Assembly: GCA_001724265.1 (NCBI GenBank)
Contig: MEDY01000081.1
Coordinates: 1 to 64,000, forward strand
Origin: Rhizaria sp. SCN 62-66
Lineage: Eukaryota
Direction of reading: 5' to 3'
DNA: 64,000 bases
Below are positions 45,801 through 60,800 of the stretch, piece by piece. The notes under the pieces are model-generated. The model searched no databases. It saw nothing but the letters and a program-made list of their open reading frames with translations, and had not been told where the DNA came from. Made by a program: the position numbers and the translations under genes. Numbering within the stretch: position 1 is the first letter of the stretch; the number at the start of each line of letters is the position of its first letter.

Positions 45801-48800
45801 TCCTCCCACGCGCGCCGCCGCAACCGGAACCGGCGCGTGTCCGAGGCCGACGCGTTCCTCGACTCGATCCTCGAAGGCAGCGGGGCCGCGCCCGCCCGCG
45901 GCAGCCACGGACACGGACACCACCAGCCGCGCGGCAGCGACGACGACGACATGGTCGGCGACGACGGCGACGGCGACGACGACGGCCACGGCGGTGCTGT
46001 GGCCGCTGGCGCCGGCGGCGACCCGGCGGCCGCTGCGGCCGCTGCGGCGGCGCTGAGCGGCGCCGGCGGACGCGCACGCGGTGCCGGCATGATGGGTGCC
46101 GGCGCCAACGACAGCGACCCTCTCGGCCTCCGCGCAACGACCCGCCGGCGCACGTACAACGACGACTTTTTCGGTACGAGTGACGAAGAGGAGGAAGATG
46201 AGGAGGACGAGGACGAGGAAGAGGACGAAGAAGAGGAGGATGACGACGAAGAGGAGGAAGAGGAGGACGCTGAGGGCGAAGAGGAGGAGGAAGAAGAAGA
46301 AGAGGAGGACGAAGAGTCTGTCGTCCTCCGTCGCGGCCGCGGTGGCGCTGCCGCTGCTGGTGCCAACAACCGGCGCCGGCGTCGTCGCCTCATGTCTGGC
46401 GGCGCTGCCCACGGTCACCACGGAGCCCCGGGCGCTGCCACTGTGGCGGCCACTGCCCCGGGTGGCCTCTTCGGCCTCCCCAGCAACCCTAACAGTCCGC
46501 AGCTCGGCGCGCGCCGCACGGCGTACGACCTCGACGACGACAACGAGGACGACGACGATGACGACGATGACGACGACGACGACGACGAGGAGGACGACGA
46601 CGACGACGAAAACGCGCTCTTTGGCGCCGGTTCTGGTTCTGACTCTGACGGCGACGCTGGCGCCCACGGTGCCCGCCGCGGCCGCAACGCCATTAACGGC
46701 GGCGTCATCGATCTTACGAACTCCGGACTCGACCTCGCGAGTCTCTTCGGTGGCCTTGGCGCTGGCGGCAACCGCGCCGGCCGCCGTCAGGGCAACCACG
46801 ACGACAGCGACGACGAAGAAGGCGGTCTCGAGGAGCCTGCGGACAACAATGCCAACGCCAACAACCTCAGTCTTGCCAACTTGCTTCCTCCTCAGCTGCG
46901 CGGTGGTCACGGCCACGGCCACGGCCATGGCCGCTCTCGCAGTGGTCGCGTCTCGCCTCTAGCCATGCTGCCCACAGGCGCGCTGCCGCCCGGCATCAAC
47001 CCCGCCCACGGCGCCGCCGGCCGCGCAATCTACGTGCCTGTACCGGGCGTCGGCGGCCGCGCGCCGCTGTCGGCCACGGTGCAGCCCGCGACGCGGGCCT
47101 CCGACGGGCGTGGCGGCTACACCGTCTCCATCTCGGTCCCGCACTCGCACGCCATGAACGCCGGCTCGCTCGCGTCGGTGCTGCAGTCAGTCTTCTCCTC
47201 GATCAACGCGTCCGCTCTGGCCCCGGGCGGCGCGAACAGCGCCGCCGGTGCTGCGAACATGAGGCAGCAGCGGCCGTCGCCTGCGATCACCACTGCAAGC
47301 GGCACCAACGCTGCAGCAAGCGCGAGCAACAACGGCGCGACGCCCGGCAGTTCGAACACGGCCGCAGCCGCGGACGCGCCAGAGCCTGAGGCCGAGGCTG
47401 AGGCCGCAGCCGCCGCACTCGTCGGCCGCCGCCGCCGCTCCTCCGGCGCCAGCGCCAATGCCAATGCCAACGCTCTCGCCAGCAACGAGCTGTCGCAGAT
47501 GTTCCTCGCCCGCCACGGTTTCCTGCCTCCCGGCGCCATCGCTGGCGGCGGCGCCGCAAGCAGCGGCACCGGACTGCCGTCCATCGCCTCGCCCGACCGC
47601 CGCCGCCGCCCCGGCGCTGGCGGTGAGGACGACGACGACTACGACGACTACGAAGAGGACGACGATGACGACGGTGACGACGACGACGCCTTGGTGTTTG
47701 ACAGCCAAGGAGCGCTCTCGCACTCGAGCGCCAACTCTCTCGCGCGCCGTCTTAACGGCGCCAACCGCAGTGGCCGCAGTGGCCGCGGCACCAGCCACAC
47801 GCCCGGCGGTTCCAGCAGTCGCCGGCGCGGCCAGCCGCCCGCGGCCGCCGACGCCGCTGCCGCCGCCGCCGACGCGCAGGCCGAGTTCCCCCACCACACG
47901 ATGCTTGATGACGACGGCGACGACGGCGTAGGCTTTGCCCGTAGCCGCCTCCACGGCCTGATGAGCCGGCTCCGCGGCTCCGCCGGCGACTCTGGTGAAT
48001 CCGGCGACAGCGTCAGCAGCCGGCGTGTGTCTGGTCCGTTCTCGGTCTACACGCCGACGCGCGCACGCGCTCCCGGCAGCGCGCGTGGCGGCCCCGGAGA
48101 CGGCGACGGCGGCAGCGATGGCAGCAACAGCGCCGCCGACGACGGCGACGATGAGGACTTGACGTCCGACTCCGACGCTGATGCCAACGCGGCCGCCGAG
48201 GCTGAGGCTGGCCGCGAGTGGGGCCGAATCCTCGCTGGCGCAGCCGCGGCCACAGCGCCTCCGGGCTCTATGGGCCCGCGCCTCTCTCTGCCCGGCATGG
48301 CGAGTACCAGTGCCCGTGCTGGCGCTGGCAGCGTGCTGACGCGGAGGGACCTTCGGGCTTTGCGCACAGTCGCCGAAGGGCTCCGCAGCATTTTGGCGCA
48401 AGCGCAAGAGTCGACGCCCTATTCCCGCCGCATCAATGAATCTGAAGGAGATGGCCGTGGTGATGCTGCTGCTGCGCTCGCGGCTGCTGTCGCCGCCGGT
48501 CGCGCTGCCGCCCGCCGCCGCAACCGCCACGTGCGTCGCGAGCGTGCGCGCACGCGCTCTCTGCTCACAGTCACGCCCTCGCGCGCTCGCGCAGCTGCGG
48601 CTGCGGCTCGTGGCCGCCTCGACCCTACGGAGTCTGACCTCGAGGCCGCCGAGACCGGGCTCGCTCTCGCGCATGAACGGCGCGCATCTGACGCCAACGC
48701 CAACGTCAACGCCGACGCCAACACGGATCTGAGCAATAGCGCTGGTGCGAGTGGTAGCGCGAGTGCTTCTGCAACTGCTGGCTCTGGTGTCTCGATGTGG

Positions 48801-51800
48801 CTGGGCGTCAGCTCCGTGCGCCGCGTCGAGTTCGAGGACGACACCACGTCGCGCCCGCACCGCGAGCGCCGCATCGCGCTGCTGCCCTCACTTGAGTCCC
48901 AGCTCCCTCTCAGCAACGCCAGCGGCAACGCCAGCGCCGTGGCTAGGAATGTCACGGTGGGCCAGCGCACTGCGTGGGAGCTCGAGGCCGGAACGAATCT
49001 GCTCATGCACCTGTTCTTCCCCGAAGAGCTCTCCCTACAGTCGTCGCGCCGCACTGCTGCCAGCTTCGGCGGCAACTCGCATATTGGCGGCCGCATCTTT
49101 GGCCGCTCGCACCTCGCAGCCTCCGCCGCCGCCGCTGCTGCGCTGGGCGCCGGCAGCGAGGGTCGCGTCGCTCAGCCCATTAGTCGTCCCCGGCCGATCC
49201 TGGTGACCGACCGGCGCATGCCGGAAGGTCTGGCGTCCACCGCGGCCGGTCTCCCTCTCTCCGCGTCTGCTGCGGCGCTGCCCCCGGGTGCGACTGCGGC
49301 CCCCTCGAACGGGTGCGTGCGCGTGGGCGGCAGTGAGTGGTCACGCTGGTCACCGCTCTCGCTGCTCTTCTCCCCCACGCTGGCCGAGGCGAACCTCGCC
49401 AGCGCCATCGGCAACAATTTTGCGCAGGCGCGCATTGCCTCCGCCGCGGCCTCCGCAGCCTCCGCAGGCCCGCTCGGCGCCGCGGTGGCCGACAACGGGC
49501 CGTGGCTGCTCGAGGCCTCGCTGGCCCCGCTGTCGACGCTATGGTCGCGCGGCGTCGCCTCGGTGCTGCTGCAGCCGCCGAGCTTCGACGCCGCTGAGGG
49601 TGCTGACGCGGTCACCGCGGCGCTGTGCAGCGCGAGCAACCTGGCCCGTGCGCTCACGCTCGCTGCGGGCCTCCCGCCGGCGCCCAACACCGCCAACGTC
49701 GCTGCCGCTGCGGCTGAAATCGCCAAGGCGAACGCGAGCAGCGGTGTGGGTGCCGGTGGTAGCGCCGCAGGTGCTGCCGCAGAAAACAACCCCGGCGGCA
49801 GCCTGCTTGGCTCCCACCTCAGCAGTCTCCAGCGTGGCCTTGGATACGGTGACCCCACGGCCCCGCGCCCCGTGGCCGCGGTCAGTCCGGCGTCCATTCT
49901 GCTGGAGGAGTCCCTCGCTGCGGAGCCCGCGCCGCTGACCTTCACGCACTGGCACGAGTACAACGCAGTCTGCTCCTACGCCTTTGCGGCTGGAGCGCCG
50001 CTGCCGTCGCTGGCCGAGTTCATCGGTGCGAAGCTCAACGACGGCCGCGAGACGGCCGTGCTGGCGGCCTCGCTATTCGGCCCTCTGCCCAGCGCGGCCA
50101 GCGACGTGAGCGACGCTGTCGTGAGCGCGGTCGAGACGGACGCCTTCGTCGCGTCCGCGGGCGCAGGTATTCCGCTGGTACCCACGCTCTACCGCGGCCA
50201 CCTCGCCGGTATCGCGGCGGCGCCCATCGCGGCCACCGTTTTCCGCGCGCAGTCCCCCGCTTCCGCCTTCCCCGGCTCCCCGCTCGCCTGCGCCGCGCTC
50301 GACAAGCTCCTCTCTGATGCGACGGCCTTCGGAGCCGCGTCGCGCGTGATGCGCACAGGTTCCTGGCGCCTCGGCACCGCCACGCTGGCGCCGCTACACT
50401 TGCACCCGGCCACGGCCGTGTTGGTCGCAGCCGCCGTCTCGCGCCTGCCCGCCGACGCCAAGCTCGCGACCGCGCTCGCCACGGTCACTGCTCCTTCTGC
50501 GTCTACGGAGGCTGGCGCGACGGTGGCAGCGCGCCGCCGTGCCGCGTGCAGCTACCTGCTGCTCGCGACACCGCTGACGGGCACGCTCGCGCACCGCGCG
50601 CGTCTGCGCTGCCCCGACGCCGCCGCCGCGGCCTTCGCCGACGCGGGCCACGGCCGCACACACGCGCCGCCCGCGGCCTTCGTGCCCGCGGCGTGGCGCG
50701 GCGCGGACCCGCGGCCGTGGCTCACGGCGCCCGCGCGTGGCATGGGCCCCGCGCGGCGCGTGTCGACGGCCGTGGTGGTCGCCGGCAACACGGACGGCGT
50801 GCTACTGGCGCGGGCGATGATCGCCGCGCTGGAGCCGCGCGACGACGGTGTGTCGGTCGGAGTGGCTGCGATGCTGCTGCCACAGGTGGCGGCCAACAAT
50901 GTTGGAACTCCTGCCCCCGCTGCGGCTGCTGCTCCTGCTGCCGCTGCTCCTGCTGCGAACACCACCAATGCAATCACGAACAACTCAGACAACATCGCCG
51001 CTGCCAGCACTGGTACGAATGCTGCGAGCACGAGCTCGAACGCGAGTGCTCCTGCGAGTGCGGCTACTGCTCCCGCTTCTGCTGCTGCAGCTCCGGCTCT
51101 GGCCCCGGCTCCTGTGGCGGCGCCAGCTGCGGGCGAGCCTCACCGCGCGCCTCTGGTCTCGTTCGCCAACAGCGACGTCTGCGGCGCCACGCTCTTGCGG
51201 GTCCCCATGTCGATCATCTCGCTTCCTAACTCATACGTCGGCGAACTGCGCTGCGCTCGTCTCTGCAGCAACGAAGCCAACGCGCTCATCACCCCGGACA
51301 ATTACGAAATGTTCGGCAACGCCCTCGCCTCCTCAGTCCACAGCTACAGCGCGAGTCGCAGCGCGCGTGTGCCGGCCCCGACGTCGCACCGCCTCGTGGT
51401 CCCGCCCGTCCTCACCTCAGGCCCGGGCTCCACCAACGCGGCACTGTCACTGGGCCACTGGGTGCGCGTGCCGACCAACGGCGTGCACAAGCTGCTCGCC
51501 GACGCCACGGGCATGGCCACCCCCTCGGTGTCCGTGTCCGTGGGCATGATGCTGCTGCACACGGCGGTCCAGCGCAGGGCCGGCTTCGCCGAGACGGCGC
51601 TACCCACGGTCATCGCGCCCTGGGCCACGCGCACCGGCGAGCCCGTCGCCAGCGCCATCCCGCCGCAGGGCGCGGTCACCATGCCCACCGTGCTCGCGCA
51701 GCGCGCTGCCAACGGCAACGCCGGTGCGAACACGGGGACTGCTGATGTGAGCGCCTCGGTGGGCAGCTCGAGCGCTCCCTTTAACGTCGGCGCTATCGCA

Positions 51801-54800
51801 AGTCCGATTGCGAATGCCAAGGGTGAGAAGACTGTTGTTGCTGATGGCAGCAACGGCGTCCGCATCACGGTCGGTATGAGCACCCCGACGAACAGCAACA
51901 CGCCTATCAGTTCGCCCAGCGACTCTGGCAACTCTCGCATCCGGGGTAACAACAGCGAAGAGAGCAAGGATAATGGGGATAACAACGCCTCATCTGGAGT
52001 CCTGCTGCCCGCCGGCTGTCACCGTGCGAGCAGCCAACGTTACTACCAGGAGCTCTTCATCTCCGAGGAGGGCGACGTACCCCGCGGCACGCGACTCTAC
52101 CGCCGCTGTGAGCTTCTGCTGCCACGCGTGCGTCCCCGCGCCGCAGCGGTGCGCATGCTGCTCGGTGTCAGGCCGTTAGACCGCCTCGCCGCTGCCGGCT
52201 CCTTAGACAAGGAGTACTTGGAAGCTATTCCTGGCGCAGCAATCAAGCTCACCACTGCGCAAGCCGCTGACGTCGCTTCTGACATGAGCCTCAACAACGT
52301 CGTGGACGTCAACAGCAAGAGCAAGAGTCCTAGTAGTACGAGCAAGAGTAAGGGCAAGTCACCTCGCTCCAGCTCCAGCTCTAGTTCGAGTGCGAGCCTG
52401 AGCGCTAGCTCTTGCCCTAGTCTCACGTTCGTAGCTGGCGGCAAACCCGGCAGCGTGGAGAGCCGCGTCGGCCGCGTGGTGCCTTTGTACAGCGCGGCGT
52501 CCCTGGCGCAGCTCCTGGCCACGCTCGAGCGCGCGCCGATCGTGGTGCCCAGCTGGCGCCTCGCCGCACCCTCGATGCTCGCCGCGCTCGCCAGCGACGG
52601 CACGGCGACGGACAGTGGTAGCAGCAATGGCAGCAGCATTGTCGTGAGCGCGAGTGCGATGACTGGCGCCAGTGCCAGCGCGAGTGTAGTGAGTCAGAGA
52701 CGCGAACAGACCCTGGCCCACCCGTACCCGCTGCCGCTGCTGTGCGCTCCGGCCGTCGCCGCCCTCACCACCGCTACTGCGGCCGCCGCGAGCGCTAAGG
52801 AGGGCCGCGCTCTGCTGTGGTCCGCCATCCCCGCCTCGGCGAGCAGTGTCAGTGAGACCGAGAGTGCCGGTGCCGATGACAGCACTGCGCCCTCTGCGGG
52901 CTGTGGAGAGACCGTGAGCGTCGGCGCGCTTGTCGCCAACGCGATCGCGGTCGCCCACTCGTTCCTGTTGTCACCCGGCGCGACGCCCGGCGACGCTGTG
53001 TCGACGCTGCTGCCGTGGGACAACATCACTGCCGCGGCCACCGCGACCGCGAGTATCAGTCCCAACCCGGCACCGACTGTCATGAAGGACGGCAACAACG
53101 CGATTTCGAGCAACACCTCCGCGTCCACCCGACGCCTCAATCTCTTCGGTGGCGACAGCAACGGTGGTGACACCCCGAATACTCCGACCGCCACTGCGAA
53201 CAACGCGAGCTCGAGTCTCATCAGTGCCCGCGCCGGCACCGCGAGCATCGGCGACTGGTTTGTCGAGCCCCCTCTCGGCCCTCGTGGCCGCGGCGGGATG
53301 GCCGCCAGCACTGTCGTGGCCTCGGCCGGCGCGGCCGCCTCCGCCGCGGCCTCCGCCGCCTCCATGCCCAGTATGTTCGTCGGCCTCGCCCCCACTGCGC
53401 CGCCGCCGCTGCCGACGCCGCCGCCGCCCGCGTTCCGGTTTGCCATGCCTCTCTTCCTCGAGGCGGACTGGCTCGCGACAACGCTGCCCACGGTCACCGC
53501 CAACACCAACGACTACACCAGCAGCAGTGCCAACACTGTCTCGCTCTCTGGCGACGACGCCGTCGCCGCCGTGTCTGCGGCGCAGAGCGCGGCGCTGGCC
53601 CGCGAGCTCGAGCTGCGCGCCTTCGCGTCCGCCGCACTCACCCGCGGCCTCCGCGCTGGCGCCGCAGCGCTGATCGAGGGCACGCACTACCTGCTGGGCC
53701 ACCGGTCGCCGCTGCTGGGCGTGGGCCGCGAGACGTTCGGTGCCGACGGCAACGCCGCCAAGAGCACGGGCAACCGCATGTACTTGTCGTTCGCGCTGTG
53801 CAAGGTGCCGCCCAAGACCCCGGCGCTCACTCCTGCTCCCACGGCTGCCAACTCGGACAAGAAGGACGTTAGCACCAACGCCAACGCTAGCGGCGATAAA
53901 GATGCTGACTCTCAATCCGGCTCTAGCTCTAGCGAGAGTGACGATGAGCAAGAAGCGAGTGACAACAGTCACGACGGCGGTGATGACGACAGCGACGACA
54001 GCGCTGCTGTCGCGAAGCGTCCCTCGAAGCACCGTAAGCTTGCTCTCGGTTCCCGCTCTCCCGGCACCGTCTCCGCTCGCGCCAACAACAGCAACGCGAG
54101 CGCGGCTGCGGGTGCGAATGCCGTAAAGAGCCCGGTGGCGCGTCTTGCCGTCCGTGGCGCCGGCTCCGGTCCCGGCGCCGGCGCTGCCGCGGCCTCTGCC
54201 GCAGTGCAACGCGCCCTGCTGCGCGCAATCCGCGCGGCGAGCTCCGGTGCCACAGTCAAGAAGCAAGACTCCGATGCGAACACCACCGCGAACAAGAGTG
54301 GCTCAAAGTCCAAGTCTGCTGCCAAGTCAAAGTCCAAGGACAGTTCCGCTAAGACTAAGGCCAAGGCGAGCAAGACCACGTCTAGTGTCAGCAGTCGTGC
54401 AGGCATCAAGAAGACTAAGAAGTCAATCAAGACCTCTCCCACGGCGTCTAGCTCGACTGCTGCCCCTGCGGTGGCTGTGGCCGAGTCCGAGTCTGAGCCC
54501 GAGTCCGCTTGGCAGGCCGTGCGCTGGCTCGAGCGCCCGCGTCTCCCTGTGCACGCCTTCGGCGTCTTCTTCAGCGCGCTGCACTGGTACTTCACCGCGG
54601 ACTTCATTGCCCCACTCAACGCGTTCGATTTCCACACACACATGCACCGCTACAGTGCCGCGCCGCGGTACGACCTCGCAGACGGTGCCGCGGCTTCGGC
54701 GCTCTCTCTGCGCAACGCAGGTGGCGCTGGCGAGTCGGCGGCCTCGTCCACGGGCGCGATCGCCAGCGCGGACGCGTTGTCAACGGCCCTGCACGGCCAC

Positions 54801-57800
54801 ACGCACAGCAACTGCCCGTGTGGCGGCGCTGCGTTTGAGCGCTACGCTCGCACGCACGCCGTCGCGGTGCCGGACCGCTCTTTTGTGGCCCGTTTCCCGC
54901 ACGCCGCCACGTTCGCCGCGGCCGCGCGTCAGGACGCGGTGCAGAGCGCGCGCACCCGCTCGCTTCCATCGCTGCCGCCGCGCAACCTCTTTTCTCCGCC
55001 GCTCCCGTTCTGCACCGAAGCGCCGATCTCGAGCACCTCTGCGATGCTCTACAGTACCGACGACACCTCCCCGCTCGTCGACGACTGCTCGCTGCCGACG
55101 TTCCGCCTCTACAGCTACCTCACGCACGGCGTCGGCGACGGCATCAACGGCTCGCCCGTCTTCGCCACGGCCGCGGACCAGCGCAATCCGGCCGTGATGA
55201 ACGCGTTGGCCCGCATCGCCATGCCGCGCGAGAGCGCCGTCGTTTGGGGCGCCGGGCTGCGCTACTTCACCGAGCTGGAGACGTCGCTGGAGCCGTTCCT
55301 GCCCTTCATGGCCGGCGTCGACGCGCCGCCACCCGAGCGGCCCACGCTGGCGCAGTCCGAGTCGCACGCCGCGCGCCTCACCGCGCTGTTCCAGCCGGGC
55401 GCGCGCAGTGGCGACGTGTTCACGCTCGTCACTGCGGGCCCGCTCAACCGCAACGTCGCGCGCGGACTCGCCGACATGACGGCCGTGGTGCCCATCGCGC
55501 GCGAGCACACAGGGACCGTGGGGTTTCTGCCCCTGCGGATGGCGCGCGCATACGCTGCCGCCGCCGCCGGTGCCGGCTCGGTCTTCTCCTCCGCCGCCGC
55601 GGCCGCCACGGCGCGCCTGCTGCCGCCTGTGCTCAACTCGGCTGCTGACGCCGGCACGGAGACGCTGCGCATCGTTGCCACGTCGCTGCCCGCCGCCTCC
55701 GCGGGGCAACTGCAGGGCGCGGCCGCGCTGCGCCGCGTCGCCGACCCTTGGATGCGTGCGCACGATAGCGACTGGGGCCGCGCGATCGAGGATGCGGAGG
55801 CTGCTGAGGCGTTCTTCGCCGCCACCGCCGGCGCCGTCAGCGCGAGCAGCAGCCCCAGCTTTGGCGCCACTGCCACGCGCAGTCGCAGTGGCAGCGGGGC
55901 CACGCTTTCCCCGCCGATCGCGCCGCTCTCCGGACTGGCCGCGACTGCCGGCGGGCTCAACATGGGCGGCTTCGTGCTCACCGACGCCAACGGCGGCACG
56001 TCCCCGCTCATGTCCAGCGCGAGCAGCAGCGCCGGCGCCGGTGCCAGTGGCGCGGTCGGCGGGCTCTCCGCGTCGCCGTCGCTGGCGCAGCGCCGCCTGT
56101 TGTCGCTGACGCCCTCGCCCTCCGGCGCGACGCGACTCCTCGCGCAGTCGGCGCGCCAGATGGTCGTCTCCGCGGCCGACGCCGCCGGGAGCCGCAACGC
56201 GAGCCCGCTGATGCAGAACAACACGCTGCTGATGCGCACGCCGCTAGGCACCATCCAGGCCGTCTCGCTCCCGGCCCCGGGCAACAACGCGGGCGCGGGC
56301 GACGACGCCAGCGCCGGCAGCACGAGCACCGGCGGCAGCAGCGGGCACGCCGTGTCGCCGACGCTGGCCGGCACGAGCATGGGCGCCGGCGTCAGCGTCG
56401 GAGTCCCCGGCCCGCGCGGCGGCGTCATCTCGCTGTCGCCGATGGCCGGCTCGCAGCAGGGCACCGCGCCCTGGGCGCCGTTCGCGTTCGCCTTCCCCAG
56501 ACTGCCGCAGACGTCGCTGCAGTCCCAGGCCTCGGGCTCGGGCTCGGGCTCGCAGTCGTCGCAGTCGTCCCAGTTGTCGCAATCGCAAACTTCTCAGTCT
56601 CAGAGTCAGAGTCAGAGCCAGAGCCAGCAGGGCCAAGTGTCGTTGACCCACGTCACGAGCAGTGCCAGTAGCAGCCCTTCTGCTGCCAACAACAACCCCA
56701 ACGCTGCGACCGCCAGCACTGGCTCGATCGTTCTGGCTCCGCGCACCGCGAGCAGCCGCAGCGGCGGCCTGCTGCGGGACGTCATGTCGCGCCTCCGCGC
56801 CAGTCAAGCAGACATCGCCAACAACACCAACGTCAGTAACACAATCGCCGCCAGTAACACAATCGCCAGTCGCAGTGGCGCTGCCGGCTCTGGCGTTCTC
56901 ATCAGTGACAGCGACGAGGAAGAGGAGCCCGACGTCATGCTGCCTCTGCCCACGACCGCTAACTCGGGTGCACGCAACAGCAACGCTTCTGCCGGCAGTG
57001 GCCGCGGCCGCTTCCGCTCTGGCCTCGGCACTGCCCCTGGCTCTGCTCTCGCCGCCGCGGTCGCTGCCCTCACCGGCTCCGGCTCGACCGCCGGCTCCGC
57101 GGGCGCGAACTCCGGCGCGAGCGGTCGCGTGGGTGCGCAGCAGGCTCTGCCGTCGCTGTCTTTAAGCGACCTGTTCCCCCGTGCCTTTGTCAGCTCACTT
57201 CCCTCCGCATCCGCTGCATCTGCCTCCGCTGGCTCGGCAAGCTCCAGCTCTAGCTCTAACGCGGCTGCCAGCAGCAACAGCAGCAGCAGGCGTGGTGCCC
57301 GTCCCATGACCGACTCCAGCTCTGCTGACCGCAACGCAGCGGTGGACGGCGACCTGTACGACTACGACGAGGCCCACGGCGGCGGCGAGTTGTTCGGCGA
57401 AGACGAGGAGGGCGACTACGAGGGCGACTGGGGCGACGAGGGCGACGAAGGCGACTGGCTCCGCGAACTGCTCGCCGACGCCGCTGAGGGCGACGAGGGC
57501 GACTTCGACGAAGACGAGGATGAGGACGGCGAGATTGAGGAGGAAGAGGAAGAGGAGACGGATGGTGGCCGCCGCAGTCGCGGCTCCGGCTCAGCCTCGG
57601 CCTCTGGCTCTGCCTCTAGCTCTCGCTCGAGCTCGAGCTCGAGCTCTCGCGTACGCCACGCTGACGCGAGCAGCAGTCGCCACCGTCATCGCAGCAGTTC
57701 TAGCCGCAGTGGCAGCGGCAGCAGCAGTAGAGCTCCCCGCACTCCTGCGAGCAGCCGCCGCGGCCGTGGCCATGGCCACAACCACGGCCGCAGCCGCCGC

Positions 57801-60800
57801 CTGTCCACTGACTCGTTCGGCCCGGCCTTCGCCGACGACAGCGTCGACTCCGCGGGTCTCTCCGTGCTGCCGCTGAGCGTGCAGCGCGAGATCTTCGGCC
57901 TCTCGCCCTCGGCGCTCGCGCACAGCAGCGGCGGGCTCACCCCGCTGCCCTCCACCGCGGGCGCGGGCCCGCTCGCACTCACAGGCACGAGCAGCTCTGG
58001 CAGCTCGCGCAGCAGCACGCCTGCGACTTCGCTGTCGTCGCTGCTCGCCTCGCTGGGCGCCGCGTCCTCGCCCTCGGCCGCCGCCGCTGCCGGCACTGCC
58101 GCCAACAGCGAGGCGGCGACGCCGGCGATCCCCTCTGACCCGCTCTCCCTGCGCACCGACCTGACCTCACTCGTGCTGGCCATGCCGCCCGCGCAGCGCG
58201 TGGCCTTCCTGACTGCGCAGCCCGAGTCGGTGGTGGTGACGCTTCCGCCCGCGCTCATGGCCGAGGCCATCGTGCTGCGCTACGGCCCCCGCGCCGCGCG
58301 CCGCCGCGTCGCCAACGCGCCGTCCTTCAGCTCCATCTTTGACGCTGTTCCTGGCGACCCGCTCTCCATGAGCAGCGGCAGCCGTTCTACTAGCTCTAGC
58401 TCGAGCGCGAGCGCGGGTAACGTTGCCGGCGTGCCGTCGCTGCTGCCGATGAGTCCCAACAGCGGCAACAGCACGAGCACGACCAACACGCCCGGCGCCG
58501 CGACGCCCGGCAGCGTCGCCAGCTCAGGTCCGGGCCTGTCCCGCGCCTCCACCGGCTCCGGCGCCAACGCCGCGAACCCGCTTAGAGCGGGCGCGCGCGC
58601 CGGCCCCCGCCCCGCGCGGTCCGCGTTGTCGGGCATCATGTCGCGCCTCGGTTCCCTCACGCGCCGCCTCGTGCGCGCGCGCGAGGCCGAGGCAGCGGTC
58701 GCGCGCGGCGGGCTCATGTCCGCCGCGGCCTCCGCCTCCGCCGCCGCCGCTTCCGCCGCGGGCGGCGCCGGCGCGGGCGCGCGCTCGGGCCCCGGTCTGT
58801 TACACCCGCTGTATCTTGCGGCGCTGCTCCGCGCCGTGGGCTGCCGCAAGGTCGACTTCTCGACGCTCGCGCGCGTGGTCCGCCTGGCGTGCGCGTACGA
58901 GCCCGTGCGCGTGGCGCTGCTTGAGGCCGTGCGCGCGCTCGCCGACAGCGCAGTCCCCGCCGCGCTCGTCGCTGAGGTCGAGGCCGCGGCCATCACCACG
59001 ACCGTGGCCTCACTGCCCGCCGCCATGGCCACGGCGGCCGCGCCGCGCAAGCTGCTGTCGGCGCTGCTGTGCACAACGGCGATCCTCAGCCACCTCGTGC
59101 CCGGCGGCGCCACGGCCGGGCTCGCGCTCGGCGCGGACATCGGCGCCGGCTCCCACCCCGGCACCAGCGCGGCCTCCGCGGCCGTGAGCGGCAGCGCGGT
59201 GCCCGTGACGGTGAGCGTGCACCTGCCCGAGCTCGAGTCGGACCCGATCGCGCACTCGGTGGACCAGGCCGCGCACGTGTACCTCGACGCGCGCAGCACC
59301 TACGTCTACACCATGGGGCTGCCCGTTGCGCGCGGCGTGTCGGGCGGCGGCATGGCGACGCTCTCGCACTACGGTGTGTCGTACGTGCACTCGGTGCCCG
59401 CGATGCCGCTCTACCGCGTCCTCGCGCCCGGCGCCAAGGCGGGCAAGAAGCTTCGCCGCCGCGGCACTGTACGCGGCGCCGCTGTGTTCGCGCATGAGGA
59501 CACCGTGCCGCGCGTGGCCTCGCGCTTCGAGCGTCTGGCGCACTACACGCCCTACGTCGTGGCCAGGGCCACGCTCGCCAACGGTGTCGCGCCCGCGTCG
59601 CTGTACTTGGCCGAGATGAGGGCTGCCGTCGCAAACAGCAGCAACAACAGCGCGAACATTGCTGCCGCACAACAACAGTCGCAGAGTGCTTTCACTAAGC
59701 CTGCGGCTGCTTCTGCGACTAGCTCGACTGTGGCTGTTGTCCCCGCGGTTCCCGCGACTCTGGCGCACTCCCGCGGCGAGCGCGGCCCCATCGCGGTCAC
59801 CGCTGACCGCACCGTGGCCGCCGCGCTGCTGCTTGTGGACCGTCTCATTCAGGACTGCAAGCACCGCTTCTCGCCCTTCTTCATTGTGCCGCAGCCCGTG
59901 CCCGTGGTGCACCACGTCCCCGTCCCCATCTACAGCAACAGCAACGCGACCGCTGGCTCCGGCGCTGCGTCCAACAGCGGCGGTGTCGGCTGGTTTGTGT
60001 CGTCGTCGCACGTGGTGTGGCGCTCCCCGATTGTCTCCATCCTTGCACTCTGCACCTCCCCGGCCTTCCACAACGCGCTGGGCATCGAGGTCATCGGCCG
60101 CGTGGCGCAGACGATGCTGGTCGACTACGCGCAGTCGTGCCCCACGCCGCACTCGCGCAGGCACCTTGCGCAGATCGCGCTGCTGCAGCAGCTCGCCGCC
60201 GCTGACTCCGCCACCGCCACCGCCACCGCGAGTGACACTGCGAGTGCGGGTGCGAACGCTGGCGGTGACGCTACCGCCGGCATAGTTGGCTTCAACAGCT
60301 CGGAGCCGCTGCCGCCGCCCACGGTCGCGATTCCGACTCTGCCGACCGCGGTGATGACGCGCCTGGTGCAGGCGCTGCGCCACCCGGGCTGCCCGCCGCG
60401 CGCGGCCGCCGCTCTGGAGGAGCTCGTGTCGCTGCTGGCCTTCACGCCCTCGGCCAGCGTCGCGTTCATGCACAAGGTCATGGCGGCGGCTGCCACGGCG
60501 ACGGCCAACGCCGCCGCTGCGGCCGCCGCAGCTGCTGTGGCCCCGGCTGCTCCTGCCACTATGGGTGGCAAGGCGATGAGTGACAGCGACGCAAGCACCG
60601 TTGTTGTTCCTTCTAGAGCGACTATTGAGCTCATTGACGACTCTAACACAAGCGCAAGCAGTAGCGCAACCACTGCCACTGCAAGTGCTGCGTCTACCAG
60701 CACTAGCAGTAGCTCAATCGCGCCGATCGTGCCCCCGTCTGTGTTCAGCAACGTGTGGCAGTCGCTGTCACTGCAGTCGCTGTGCATCCCCGCGCCGCCG